Of a stretch of DNA of 64,000 bases, positions 48,426 to 58,826 are shown in pieces. Below the pieces are notes generated by a model. That model searched no databases and was not told the origin of the DNA. It saw only the letters and a program-made list of their open reading frames with translations. The stretch is from positions 128,001 to 192,000 of the forward strand of contig CAWCKJ010000004.1 of the NCBI GenBank assembly GCA_963796105.1. The letters are read 5' to 3'. The position numbers and the translations under genes are program-made. Position 1 is the first letter of the stretch, and each line of letters opens with the position of its first letter. Origin of the DNA: a candidate division FCPU426 bacterium. GTDB taxonomy: Bacteria; Oederibacteriota; Muellerivitia; Muellerivitales; Muellerivitaceae.

Positions 48426-50767
48426 TCAAAAACTTTTCCACTTTTCACCCCAAAAGGTCCGATACCGGCCCTTTCCGTCCGGCCAAAATTCCGCCTCAAT
48501 GGCTCCCTCCGAGGCAGTGGATAAAACAACCGCGTCCGGCTCCGCCGAGCGGTACAAGGAATGGTCATCCGGGTAATCCCTCCAATCGCTTAAAACCGTG
48601 AAATGGGGTTTCATTCCCGCCGCGCAAAGATCCTGGGCCCCGCTCCAACGCCCATGGTGGGGCGCCAGGAGACAATCCACCTTCGGAAAGGGCCGGTGAG
48701 TCCTCAACAACTCGGTCAATCCTTCCCGTTCCAGGTCCCCGGGAAGGATCAGGACGAAGTTCCCCCCCCGTAGGGGAAGGTAACTTCTGAAACCATGGAG
48801 CGGTTATTATCCCCATGACGATGAGGATGGAAGAAAAGGGAGGGATGAAGCGTCAGCACCCGGGTCTGATCCGATTCAACCTGGATATCGCCCATCTTGA
48901 GTTCCTCGCGGCTTATTCTTTTTTCTTTTATCATCCCCTCAAACCTTGCATAAATGGCCGAGGAGGACCTTGCTCCATTTCCCTCGAAAACCTTTCCGAT
49001 AGGCAAAGCCCCCGCGAGCTGGGACAATCCGCCCACATGATCCTCATCGGGATGGGTGTTGAAAACCGCGTCCACTTTCCTGATGCCCAGGTGGCGGAGA
49101 TAGGCCACCAACGGGTGATACCGGTCGGGGCCGCGGGATTCCCGGCCTCCGTCGAAAACAAGGACTTCCCCATGGGGGGTCCTTAGGACGAAGGCGTTGC
49201 CGTGGCCCACCGAAAGGAAAGTCATGCGCCACGGTTGCGCCTGGAGTCTCGAACCCAGCCACCAAAGTGACGAGCCAACCAGGAAAAGAACACAAACCGC
49301 GCGGACTATGTTTTGGAGCTTTTGGACAAGAACCCGGCTTTTCCGCCAGTCCATGGCTGGGTTTTCAGGTTTGGGCGCCGGCCAATAAACTGCGAAAAAG
49401 GCCAGAAGCAATAAATGGAAGCAAAAAGTCCAGGCTTTGGGCGGGGAGACCACGATGTCATGGGCGCCGGGGAGCTTGGAGATCCCGTCCGCCAGGGAAA
49501 TTAAAAGCCGGAGGGGTATCTCGCAGGCTGACCCGAATATCACCCCCAAGGCGGGATGGATCCACCCTCCCGCGAGCGCGGCCATGCCGCCTGCCACCGA
49601 GAAAAGCGCCAAAGGCACGATGAGAAGGTTGGCCAGCAATGAATAGGGGGAGGATTGGTTGAAGGAGTAGAGGATGAGGCACCAAACGCTCAATTGGGCC
49701 GCCGCGGTCGTTGATAAAAGCAGGGCCGCGGGTTTCCAAAGGAAGGACAGCCGAATCATGAAACGGGAAGCCAGGACCATCAGCCCGGCGGTGGCAAGGA
49801 ATGATATTTGGAACGAAAGGTCCTCCAGCACGAAGGGATTGACCGCCGCGAGCAGGAATAGTGTCGCCAGGAGCAAGGTCCCGCCTCTGATCCTCCGTTC
49901 CAGGATCACCCCCATGAGCGCCAGGGAGGAAAATAGTCCCGCACGGCAGACCGGCGGGTGGGCTCCGGTCATGAAGATGAAAAAGAGAAGGACCGCCAGG
50001 GATAACGCCGCCGACCATTTCCTCCCGAATTGGACCGCCCGGAAAACCAGGAAAAATAGGCCGGCCAGGAACGCTGTGATCATGCCGGAAACGGCCAAAA
50101 TATGAACGGTTCCGGTGACCATGAAGGTCTCGGTCATCTCCGAGGGAAGAGGCCCCCTTTCCCCCAGGAGAATACCCGTTAAGAGCGCGTTCTCGGGAAA
50201 CGGAAGGTAACGGTAGAGGGATTCCTCCGCCCAACGCTTCAACCGGTAAGACGCCGCCAGGAAGGAATTTCCGGTTGGGACGGCGTCCCGATGGAGGCCC
50301 CAGCGCCCAGGCGCCCCGTAGATGACATAAGCCACCCCTTTGGTCCTCAAATAATGGGAATAGTCGAATTGTCCGGGATTCCGGGGCGGGGAGGGATATT
50401 GTATTTTTCCGGTAATTTCAACCAGATCGCCATAGGACAGGACTGGGCGGGATTCGTTGGAGGATAAAAGGAAAGCGCATCTGGCTTTTACGGCAGGGAT
50501 TACGGTTCGATCGCAGGAAAGGACCTCGCAAACTGCCCGGACCTCCCGCGCGAAAGGCTGATAGAACCCCCCCAGCCTGCCCGTGTCATGGCTTCCGGCG
50601 GAGTGGTCGAAAATCACCTCCGGCTCCTCCGCCACCCGGACCAGGAAAACGCCCTTATGGGGTTCCGGGAAAATATCCCTTTGGGACTCAAAAGTGTTTC
50701 GCGCCTGGTCATAACGCGCCGGGATCAAAACCAATCCCAATACAAGGAAAGAGATCCAACGCCTCAT
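48426..50767 (-). CDS. comEC: ComEC/Rec2 DNA-uptake channel with metallo-beta-lactamase domain; frameshift at G8 run 48762-48769
   Basis: PRNPGQFDY, GTVHILAVSG, SFQISF, VGHGNA, THPDEDHVGG and NNRS. The downstream frame continues with PGDLE...APHHG. Confidence 0.88.
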
Positions 50768-50855
50768 AACGGGCTTCCCCCAAAAGATGAGGATTCTTCT
50801 CAAACTTCCGGCTAACCCGGGGAATTCCCCGGGTTCCATCCCTAGTTCATCGGAA

Positions 50856-51374
50856 TCAAATCTTCGCCTGGATTTGGCGGTTAAACTCCTCCGATTGTTC
50901 CTTCAGGTACTTTCGGACGGCTTCCATCCCGGTATATCCCACATTGGTCGTGAAACTTCCGTTCGGCAAGCGAACCACCAGCGCGGGAATCCCGCTGATT
51001 TGGTATTTTTGCTGGAGTTCCTGGACCTCCGGCCGGTCTTTCCCATCCTCCCTCGATCGGTTCACCACTTTCACGGGGATAAAATGGCGGTTGATCCAAT
51101 CCGCGGTATCCGGGTCCGCGAAAACCTCCCGTTTCATCGCCTGGCAGTATCCGCACCAGTCGGCTGAAAACTCGTATAAAACCGGCTTCTCTTTTTTCAG
51201 GTATTCCTTTTCGCTTTCGGCGATGGAGATCCATTGGACCTTATCAATGTCATTGGGATATCTCGATTTGATCATGCTTGAAAGAACCCAAGCAGACGAT
51301 AAAACCCCCGCCGCCGAAAGCATCCAAAACCATTTTCTGCCCCTCAAAAAAAACCGTGCTTTGGCCTTTCTCAT
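50856..51374 (-). CDS. Membrane-anchored thioredoxin-like protein, paralog of 43715..44212
   Basis: YEFSADWCGYCQAM; YQISGIP; GGAG RBS. Confidence 0.85.
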   Translation of the reverse strand: MRKAKARFFLRGRKWFWMLSAAGVLSSAWVLSSMIKSRYPNDIDKVQWISIAESEKEYLKKEKPVLYEFSADWCGYCQAMKREVFADPDTADWINRHFIPVKVVNRSREDGKDRPEVQELQQKYQISGIPALVVRLPNGSFTTNVGYTGMEAVRKYLKEQSEEFNRQIQAKI

Positions 51375-51413
51375 GTCTCCCCCCATTTGCCCCGATGCCG
51401 GAGCCTCAACTTC

Positions 51414-51899
51414 TCATTGTAAGAAAGGCGAGTGTTTATTCCGGAGATCAAAAATGCCGAAACCGGTGACGCCCAAGCGGGCCCCGTTGAGGGCCGGGGC
51501 AACCTCCACCTTGAGGTAATAACCCTTTGAAAGCTTGGTGGTTTTAAGCGCGTAAGTGATGGTCTTCTTGGGCCTTTTGCGGGCACCGTCAGTGCGGGCG
51601 CCGTTGGCGTAAACCTTGGGCTCAAAACTCGTCGGCCTTCCGTATTGGGAGTACAATTTTTGCATGGCTTTTTCCAAATCCTTCTCATTGCTCACCACCG
51701 TGTTAAAGCCCTCGTCCAAATGAAGGTAAAGATCCTTGGCGTTATCCGCCACGAGATCAGCCGCCACCGCTCCAGCGACCGATTTAGCCTCCTCGAGATT
51801 GATCGTGCTTCCGTCCACGACCACCGGCTCCTGGGAACATCCTGCGATGGACGAAAATCCGAGAAGGATTATTCCGAGAAGAATAAACCTATATTTCAT
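51414..51899 (-). CDS. Hypothetical lipoprotein
   Basis: GGAGG RBS; MKYRFILLGIILLGFSSIAGC lipobox. Confidence 0.75.
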   Translation of the reverse strand: MKYRFILLGIILLGFSSIAGCSQEPVVVDGSTINLEEAKSVAGAVAADLVADNAKDLYLHLDEGFNTVVSNEKDLEKAMQKLYSQYGRPTSFEPKVYANGARTDGARKRPKKTITYALKTTKLSKGYYLKVEVAPALNGARLGVTGFGIFDLRNKHSPFLQ

Positions 51900-51916
51900 A
51901 AATCCTCCAGACAAAA

Positions 51917-53260
51917 TCACTGATAAGAAACCGGCAAGTTTATTTCCTTGGCGATACGGTCGCGGGAAGAATAGGTCGCCATTAATCTCAAAAAGAGAGT
52001 GTAATCCCCCTTCGGAACGGTGGGTTCCGGGATCCAATCCAAAACCTGGATTCCCTCCTCCAAGTCCTTTCCTTGGTCCAAGGTTTTTATGGTTTTTCCC
52101 TGGGAATCGCGGATTTCAGACGTGACGATGGCCCTCTCAGTCAAATGGTAGTGGAATTTGAATCCTTGGCCAGAGGGTTCCGTCGTCAAATCGACCGCGT
52201 CGGTCCCGTTCCAGAAATAATGAACGCACTCCTTGTCCGCCACCAGCACCTGCCCGAACTGGTGATTGAAGGCGATTCCACGGGGTTCCAGGAACTTGAA
52301 GTCGCCCTCCCCCGCGCTTCCAAAGGAAACCACGTAGTGCAGGTCCTTGTCGAATTTCCGGAGGCAGGATTGGGAAAAGTCGGTCGCGATCACGTTGCCG
52401 TAATAATCGAAAGCGCAGCCCCAAAGTTTGACCGGGGACGCGGCCGCCGGATCCGACGCGGTCTGGGTCAAGGGGGCGCCTTCCAGGCTCAGGGTTTGAA
52501 GTCGGGTCCCGTGGCGGTCGATGACCGCGATCCGGTCGGCGTAAGGCCCCTGTTGGTAGAAGGTCCAGTCCTCCTTGGAGTCGATCACCGCCAGGGCCGA
52601 AGGGCCCTCCAGGGGAGGAGTGGACAGGACTCGGATTCTACCCTTGGCATCCATGACCTGGATGCGGTTGTTTCCCGTGTCGGCGATGTAAAGTCTTCCC
52701 TGGGAATCATAGGCGACACCCATGGGGGATATGAACTCGCCTGACAGGCTTCCCCTCTTTCCCGCGGATTTGACCCAGGAGATCCTCATCCCGTCGTGGC
52801 GCAAAAGCGCGATGCGGTTGTTTCCCGTATCGGCGACAGCCACGTTCCCGTTGGAATGGATGGCCACGCCGTTGGGAGCGAAAAACTCCTTCTCGCCGTG
52901 TCCCGGGGACCCGAAACGGCGCAGATCCTTCAATCCCACGTTGTAGACAATTTCCGCGGCCCCCGAATTGACCCCGACGCAGGTGACCACCACGTCATTT
53001 TGGGGAGCCCCCGGATCATGGTCTTTCTTTAAAAGAGCGCAAGCCACGCCCCGGGGATCGTTGAAGGAGCAGCCAGGGAGCATCAAGGAAAGCATCGTCT
53101 GGGTGCCCCTGTGGATATTGAAGGGAAGGAACCCCCCGCAGGGGTAAAGGTAGGTGGAGGGGACGTCCTTGACGACTTCCACCGTCCCCTCGGCCGCCAA
53201 GAGCAACCCGGCCCCCAGGAGGAATAAGCCCGCCAATTTAAAACAGGTCTTTCGATTCAT
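51917..53260 (-). CDS. Secreted NHL-repeat beta-propeller protein with C-terminal FlgD-like Ig domain
   Basis: P.GVA.....VADTGNNRI repeats; C-terminal EIRDSQGKTIKTL...LDW...GDY. Confidence 0.85.
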   Translation of the reverse strand: MNRKTCFKLAGLFLLGAGLLLAAEGTVEVVKDVPSTYLYPCGGFLPFNIHRGTQTMLSLMLPGCSFNDPRGVACALLKKDHDPGAPQNDVVVTCVGVNSGAAEIVYNVGLKDLRRFGSPGHGEKEFFAPNGVAIHSNGNVAVADTGNNRIALLRHDGMRISWVKSAGKRGSLSGEFISPMGVAYDSQGRLYIADTGNNRIQVMDAKGRIRVLSTPPLEGPSALAVIDSKEDWTFYQQGPYADRIAVIDRHGTRLQTLSLEGAPLTQTASDPAAASPVKLWGCAFDYYGNVIATDFSQSCLRKFDKDLHYVVSFGSAGEGDFKFLEPRGIAFNHQFGQVLVADKECVHYFWNGTDAVDLTTEPSGQGFKFHYHLTERAIVTSEIRDSQGKTIKTLDQGKDLEEGIQVLDWIPEPTVPKGDYTLFLRLMATYSSRDRIAKEINLPVSYQ

Positions 53261-53328
53261 TCCATCCGCCTTTTCAGGATCATTCCATTATCGAGTGCAA
53301 ATCCTTTTATTGCCCATGCCAGAATGAC

Positions 53329-55470
53329 TTAGTGAATTTTCTCCACGACCTCGAATTCTCTCTCATTATGCGCGATCAAATTTCCGGTTCTGTTCCGCAC
53401 CTTGAACTCCGCCCGGTAGACCCCCAGCGGGCCCTTCAGGGGAAGGTGAAACCCTTCCTGATGGTTGAAGCGATCCGGGGTATCAAACGGCTTGGCCACG
53501 CAGTCGGCTTTCACTCCGCAAATTCTCTTCTCCCTGAAGATCACCCTGCTCCGGGAATCCATTACCCGGGCCTCCACCCTCAAACCCTTGATGGGTTTTC
53601 CAAAATCGTTGATCAGCACGAGTTCCCTCAAGAGGGACTTTCCCCAGAATAGCACATCCCCCGGGTTAAACCGGTTGACGTGGGGTCTCCAGAGGGGAAG
53701 AAGGGGCTGGGAAGCCGTTTGAAGGGCCCTATAGGCTTCCTTGGGATTCCGGAAATAATCCACGACGCTCCAGGTGATGGCCGGCCAGCAATCCACGAAC
53801 ATGAAATGGAAATAACCGTTCATGGGCTGGTATTTCTTGAGCCGGATGCTCTGGATGTAATCCTTCACCAGGCGGGCCTGGTATCGCTGGCTGTTATTCA
53901 CGAATTCACCGATGGATTTTCCCATTTCAATCCGCGCAACATTGAAGGTCTGGAAATACTGGAAATCATGGAAGGCCCATTTTTTGAAATCCGGCGGCCA
54001 GAGTTCCACCGGCTTGAACATTTTTCTCAGGGTTTTGACTGAGGGAAGGGCCTGGGCCCCGAACTCAGAATAAAAAGGCGCGTCAGCCCCCACGGCTCCG
54101 GGCTTGACGTCCCGCAGGATGGAATCCTCCCAGTACCATCCCGGATAGGGGTGGTATTGGAAATCGCTGGCTGTGTCCACATGCCGGCTCGAGTCCTCCT
54201 CCCGAACCGCCCGGGCCAGGATAGGGTCCAACTCGTCGCGGTTCACGGAGGGCTCATTGTGACAGCACCAGACCAGGATGGAGGGATGGTTGTATAACTG
54301 CCTCACCATATCCTTGATCTGGCGGCAAGCGTTTCGGGTGAAAGACTCTGTCCGCTCGTAGCTCCATTGCAAAGCGAAGTCCTGCCAGACGAATAGCCCC
54401 GCCTCGTCACAGGCCTTGTAGAATTCCTCCCGGTTGACGTGGGCGTGGACCCGGACGGCGTTCAGTCCAGCCTCTTTCATCATTTTGACGTCCCGGTCGG
54501 CACGTTCCTGGTTGTACTCGGAAAGCCATTGGGCGGGGATAATATTCGTGCCCCGGGGAAAAAATTTCCGGCCGTTGAGGAAAAATTCCCATCGGGAGGA
54601 AACCTTGACCTCGCGTATGCCGAACCTGACTTCTCCCCTCTCCACAACTTTGCCATCCTTCGATCCGCGCAGGGCGATGGAAGCCTTGTATAGATTTGGT
54701 TCCCCCTGATCCCAAGTCCACCAAAGCCGGGGTTTGGGTATGACCTGCTCCAAGCGGACCTGGGATCTTCCCCTGGGCAAATGGACCTTTTTACGGATGA
54801 GCCACCGGCCCGGAAATTTTTCCCCGTGGATTGCGACTTCCACATCGTATGCGCCCGCTTGGCCGACATTGACTAGAATGAGTTTAAGGCTTACTAAAGC
54901 CCGGTGGTTCGGAAGGAGTTTCGGGGTGACTTGGATGCGCTCCAGGAAAAGACGGTCGGCGGTCAGGAGTTCCACGCCGTTCCAAAGTCCCCCGGTGTTG
55001 TAGTCTTGGCCGTGTTCCGTGTCCCAGCTTCCTGGCCTGGCATCATGATGGTTGAAAATGCCCTTGATCAGGTATTTCTCGTGAGGCCAGACCTTGGAAT
55101 TTTCCTTGGGCGATTCCACCCATACCTTTAATCGGTTCTTCTCCCGGAGGGCCTTTGTCGCCGTAAACTCGAAGGACTGGAAATAACCCTCATGTTTTCC
55201 TAATGGACTGCCGTTCAACTCTGCTTTCAGGAAATAATCCGCGCCCTTGAATCTCAGGAAAGCCGCTTGGCCTTGCATCAGAAGAGGCGCTTGGAATTCC
55301 CTCTCATAAAGGGCCTCCCCGGCGAAGTTTTCGCCTTGCAAGTACCAATTGGCTGGAACTTGTATATTCCGGCTTTCAGGTTTCTTCACCGCCACCGAAT
55401 GTTTTTCGAGGGTGGATTCTGTCAATTGGGTGAATTTCCATTTTCCATTCAGGGATATGATTTCAGGCAA
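53329..55470 (-). CDS. GH2 glycoside hydrolase (beta-mannosidase-like)
   Basis: SLNGKW, FKGADY, RFGIR, RGTN, NAVRVHAH, NHPSILVWCCHNEP and SEFGAQA. Confidence 0.9.
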   Translation of the reverse strand: MPEIISLNGKWKFTQLTESTLEKHSVAVKKPESRNIQVPANWYLQGENFAGEALYEREFQAPLLMQGQAAFLRFKGADYFLKAELNGSPLGKHEGYFQSFEFTATKALREKNRLKVWVESPKENSKVWPHEKYLIKGIFNHHDARPGSWDTEHGQDYNTGGLWNGVELLTADRLFLERIQVTPKLLPNHRALVSLKLILVNVGQAGAYDVEVAIHGEKFPGRWLIRKKVHLPRGRSQVRLEQVIPKPRLWWTWDQGEPNLYKASIALRGSKDGKVVERGEVRFGIREVKVSSRWEFFLNGRKFFPRGTNIIPAQWLSEYNQERADRDVKMMKEAGLNAVRVHAHVNREEFYKACDEAGLFVWQDFALQWSYERTESFTRNACRQIKDMVRQLYNHPSILVWCCHNEPSVNRDELDPILARAVREEDSSRHVDTASDFQYHPYPGWYWEDSILRDVKPGAVGADAPFYSEFGAQALPSVKTLRKMFKPVELWPPDFKKWAFHDFQYFQTFNVARIEMGKSIGEFVNNSQRYQARLVKDYIQSIRLKKYQPMNGYFHFMFVDCWPAITWSVVDYFRNPKEAYRALQTASQPLLPLWRPHVNRFNPGDVLFWGKSLLRELVLINDFGKPIKGLRVEARVMDSRSRVIFREKRICGVKADCVAKPFDTPDRFNHQEGFHLPLKGPLGVYRAEFKVRNRTGNLIAHNEREFEVVEKIH

Positions 55471-55487
55471 GTTCGAATACTCCGTTG

Positions 55488-55640
55488 TTATTTCTTAATT
55501 CTGTTCAAGGCGTTTCCATTAGGTTGGGATGGGTCCGCCCCAGTCCAGTGCCGATAAAGCAAAACAGCCAACCCCAAAAGAGTCAGTAAAAGCAGAAATC
55601 CCAGGACTTTCTTTTCTTGCGAGGTCAATGCAATCCCCAC
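55488..55640 (-). CDS. 50-aa single-TM protein resembling a ComEA N-terminal anchor
   Basis: GGAGG RBS before GTG 55640; MGIALTSQEKKVLGFLLLLTLLGLAVLLYRH. Confidence 0.5.
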   Translation of the reverse strand: MGIALTSQEKKVLGFLLLLTLLGLAVLLYRHWTGADPSQPNGNALNRIKK

Positions 55641-55806
55641 GGAACCAGCCTCCGAGTCGGGATGAGGAAATAAAGGCATATTATAATAAAAGATAAGTTG
55701 AAAACTGTCATTTCGTGGCTTTTTCCGGGAAAGCGTTGATAGAATTAAAGCCGACACATCAAACGTTCCACTTACGTCTAAAGAAAAGCGATGCCGACCA
55801 AATTCC

Positions 55807-56403
55807 ATGAACGACAAAGAAATCATAAAGCAAATCAAGGCCGGCCACACCGAGGCCTACGGGGACTTCATCCGCGAGTATCATAAGAAAGTCCTTGGCT
55901 ATTGCCTATCCATGCTTTCCAACCGCACCGACGCGGAGGAAGCGGTGCAGGATATTTTCGTAAAGGCCTATAATTCCCTGGACCGGTTCAAGGGCAATTC
56001 AGCCTTTTCCACCTGGCTTTACCGCATCACCGCCAACCATTGCCTGGATATCCTGAGGAAGAAAAACCGGCGAAAAACCGTTTCCCTGGATGCCTTGATA
56101 GAGGATGAGGGTTCCCGGATCGAGGGCCTTTTCGCTTCGAATCGGGCCGAAAGTTCTGCGCTGGAGAATCGGGATCTTGCTGATAAAATATTGGCCACTC
56201 TTCCGGCGGACTACCGGACCATCCTGACCCTTCGGGAAGCCAATGGATTGGAATACCAGGAAATCTCGGCCATATTGGGCTGCTCCCTGGACGCCGTGAA
56301 GGGCCGTTTGGCGAGGGCCCGCAAGCTTTTACAGGGCAATCTCCGACACTTCCTGGAGCCGGGAAGCGTCTATAAGGAAGAAGGTGAAAACCATGAACCA
56401 TGA
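55807..56403 (+). CDS. ECF sigma-70 factor
   Basis: DAEEAVQDIF, FSTWLYRITANHCLD and YQEISAILG....VKGRLARAR. Confidence 0.95.
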   Translation: MNDKEIIKQIKAGHTEAYGDFIREYHKKVLGYCLSMLSNRTDAEEAVQDIFVKAYNSLDRFKGNSAFSTWLYRITANHCLDILRKKNRRKTVSLDALIEDEGSRIEGLFASNRAESSALENRDLADKILATLPADYRTILTLREANGLEYQEISAILGCSLDAVKGRLARARKLLQGNLRHFLEPGSVYKEEGENHEP

Positions 56404-56866
56404 CGAGATCCAGGAAAAACTATTCGCCCTTTACGACGGCCCCCTGACCGAGAAGGAAAGGGAGTTGACGGAGGGGCACTTGGCCAAATGTCCCGAATGC
56501 CAAAAGGCGATCGCCGAGTGGAAAGCTTTGTCGGCGTCGCTTTTCGCCGCTCCGGCTTTTTCCGAGGCGGATGAGGACCGGATGGTTTCACGAGTGATGG
56601 CCAGGATCTCTTCCCCAACCGTCGAAAACCGGATTTCTTTTTTGGACTTGGCCCTGCGGTGGTTCTTCCCCCTCTTGGGATCCACCGCCGCAGCGGCTTG
56701 GGTATTTTTCTCGCTCCTCCCCGGCACACCGGGCCTGACCGCGGGGTCAACGGCCGAGAATTATCTTTACTCACAGCCGGTTGAGAATAATTCCACCCAA
56801 TGGTCGGTACTTCCGGCAGCTTATACCCCGGACAACGATGATATGGTGGTCAGTTTCTTAAAATAA
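56393..56866 (+). CDS. Zinc-finger (zf-HC2) membrane anti-sigma factor
   Basis: HLAKCPEC motif and one TM; overlaps the sigma gene. Confidence 0.9.
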   Translation: MNHDEIQEKLFALYDGPLTEKERELTEGHLAKCPECQKAIAEWKALSASLFAAPAFSEADEDRMVSRVMARISSPTVENRISFLDLALRWFFPLLGSTAAAAWVFFSLLPGTPGLTAGSTAENYLYSQPVENNSTQWSVLPAAYTPDNDDMVVSFLK

Positions 56867-56875
56867 GGAAACGTT

Positions 56876-57298
56876 ATGAAACCTTGGATTAAATTTTCTT
56901 TCACTTTTCTCATTGGATTGCTGCTGGGTATCGCTGGAACCGGCATCTATATCCACCGGCATTTCTCGCGGGCCTTCGCTCCCGGGGACTATCATCATAT
57001 GGTGGATCACCTTGGCTCGAAGTTGGGTTTGTCTAGCGACCAAAAAGACAAAGTCCTGGAAATTTTCAAGGAAGAATCGCCCAAAATGGACGCCATCCGG
57101 GATGAGACCAACGGCAAGCTGAAGTCTTTCCGAAACGGGTTTCATGTCCGCATTCTTTCAGTCCTGAATGATGACCAGAAGAAAAAGTTCGAGGAAATGA
57201 CGGCGCGATGGGATGCGAGGCATAACAACCCTAAAGAATGGCAGATTCCAGGCCTTTCCGCCGGCCCAGTATCCGGATCTCCACCTGGCCAGAAATAA
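56876..57298 (+). CDS. Periplasmic Spy/CpxP/metal-sensor-like protein
   Basis: N-terminal TM; LGLSSDQ and VLNDDQ (LTXXQ-like) motifs. Confidence 0.7.
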   Translation: MKPWIKFSFTFLIGLLLGIAGTGIYIHRHFSRAFAPGDYHHMVDHLGSKLGLSSDQKDKVLEIFKEESPKMDAIRDETNGKLKSFRNGFHVRILSVLNDDQKKKFEEMTARWDARHNNPKEWQIPGLSAGPVSGSPPGQK

Positions 57299-57316
57299 AC
57301 ACTTGAGTGTAAACGC

Positions 57317-57350
57317 GGGCCTTAGGCAATTCGCCTAGGGCCTTTTGTTT
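57317..57350 (+). terminator. Hairpin/terminator between the ECF module and tolC
   Basis: GGCCTTAGGC-AATTC-GCCTAGGGCC followed by TTTTGTTT. Confidence 0.55.
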
Positions 57351-57445
57351 ACATGATTTTTTCATTTCATTAGGATTGAAATGCTTAGATTTATGCTGAT
57401 AATGTTTTGCTCCCGAACGTGAAATATTTTTTAGGAGAATTAAAC

Positions 57446-58783
57446 TTGAACCGAAATCTTTTTTTAAACGCTATTGTCGCTGTAGGTCTTTCAATATTTT
57501 CATTCGGTTGCGCCGGGGCTCCGGTGAAGGTCGGTGAGGGTCCGGTGGAAAAACCTCTCCAAGAAGTCAGTGGCATTACCACCGAAGACGTGCAAAAAGC
57601 CCTTAAAAAAGAGACTTTAAATCTGATGGATGTTTATTCCCTCGCCGTGAAACGCACCGAAACACTTGCTACAGCATCAGAAAGCGTTCTTCAGGCCAAA
57701 TCCCAAAACGCCCAAGCGGTCGGGGCTTGGCTTCCCCAGGTTTACCTGGGCGATATGAAAAAATGGCAATATTCAGCCGTCCCGAATAATTCACTTTCCT
57801 TATCCGTCTCCGAAACTATCCTGGGTGGCTTGAACCAAGTCGCCGCCATCCAGGGCGCCGGAGCCAATATCGATTACCAAAACAACGTCTTTAAAAACCA
57901 ATCCCGTCTTCTTTTATTGAACGTGGCCACTGCTTTCTACAACGTGCTTTCGTTAGAGGAATCCCTAGAGGCCTTGCAAACCTCTAAAGAATTAAATGAG
58001 AAAACCTTGGGTGTAGAAAAGCAATGGCAGAAAATGGGCCGTTCCCGCACAGCCGACGTCTCCAATACTCAGGCCCAGTTGGCCCAGATCCTAGCGGACC
58101 TCCAGAACACCAAATACCAGTTGGTGCAGGCAAGGGAAGTTCTAGCCACCCTAGCAGACATTAAAAACGACCAACATTTGGTATCCGAGGAAACTTATTC
58201 CACCCCATCCTTCACTTTGGACGAAGCCCAAGGAAAGGTAGAAAGCCGCCCCGACGTACAGTCCGCCGCCGCTAGCGTGGTGGTTGCGGACGCTTACCTT
58301 TTGCAGGCCCACGGAGGACATTTGCCTACTATATCAGTCGAAGGTCAGTATTATTTATCGCAAGATGGGATAAATTCATCAAATGATTGGAACGCCACTT
58401 TCCTGGCTTCACTCCCTATTTTCGAAGGGGGACAAGTCATCGCACAGGAAGATGAAGCTTCTTCCAAAAAACGCCAGGCGGAAATGCAATTATCCCTTAC
58501 GCGCCGAACGGCCGTCGACGATATCCGCGAAGCTTACAAGAGCCTGGTGGAGTCCATCGGTGAAACGGAAGCCTACCAGAAAGCAGAGCAGTCCTATGAA
58601 CAGGCCTATCAGGACGTTTTACACGACTATAAGCTGAACCTGACCACCAACTTGGAACTTCTGCAAACCATGACGGCCTTGGAAAACACCAAGATCAGCT
58701 ATATCAAGGCCAAGTACCAGGCCTTGTACGACCAGATCTGGCTGGGAGTCGCCACAAGTGAACTTCCAAAAATAAAAGAGTAA
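57446..58783 (+). CDS. TolC-family outer-membrane efflux lipoprotein
   Basis: AGGAG RBS with TTG start; lipobox SFGC; OEP repeats (WLPQV, RPDV, HLPTI, SLPIFEGG). Confidence 0.85.
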   Translation: MNRNLFLNAIVAVGLSIFSFGCAGAPVKVGEGPVEKPLQEVSGITTEDVQKALKKETLNLMDVYSLAVKRTETLATASESVLQAKSQNAQAVGAWLPQVYLGDMKKWQYSAVPNNSLSLSVSETILGGLNQVAAIQGAGANIDYQNNVFKNQSRLLLLNVATAFYNVLSLEESLEALQTSKELNEKTLGVEKQWQKMGRSRTADVSNTQAQLAQILADLQNTKYQLVQAREVLATLADIKNDQHLVSEETYSTPSFTLDEAQGKVESRPDVQSAAASVVVADAYLLQAHGGHLPTISVEGQYYLSQDGINSSNDWNATFLASLPIFEGGQVIAQEDEASSKKRQAEMQLSLTRRTAVDDIREAYKSLVESIGETEAYQKAEQSYEQAYQDVLHDYKLNLTTNLELLQTMTALENTKISYIKAKYQALYDQIWLGVATSELPKIKE

Positions 58784-58826
58784 TTTTGCATCTCAGTTTC
58801 AAATTTTAAATAACAGGGGTTATTCA

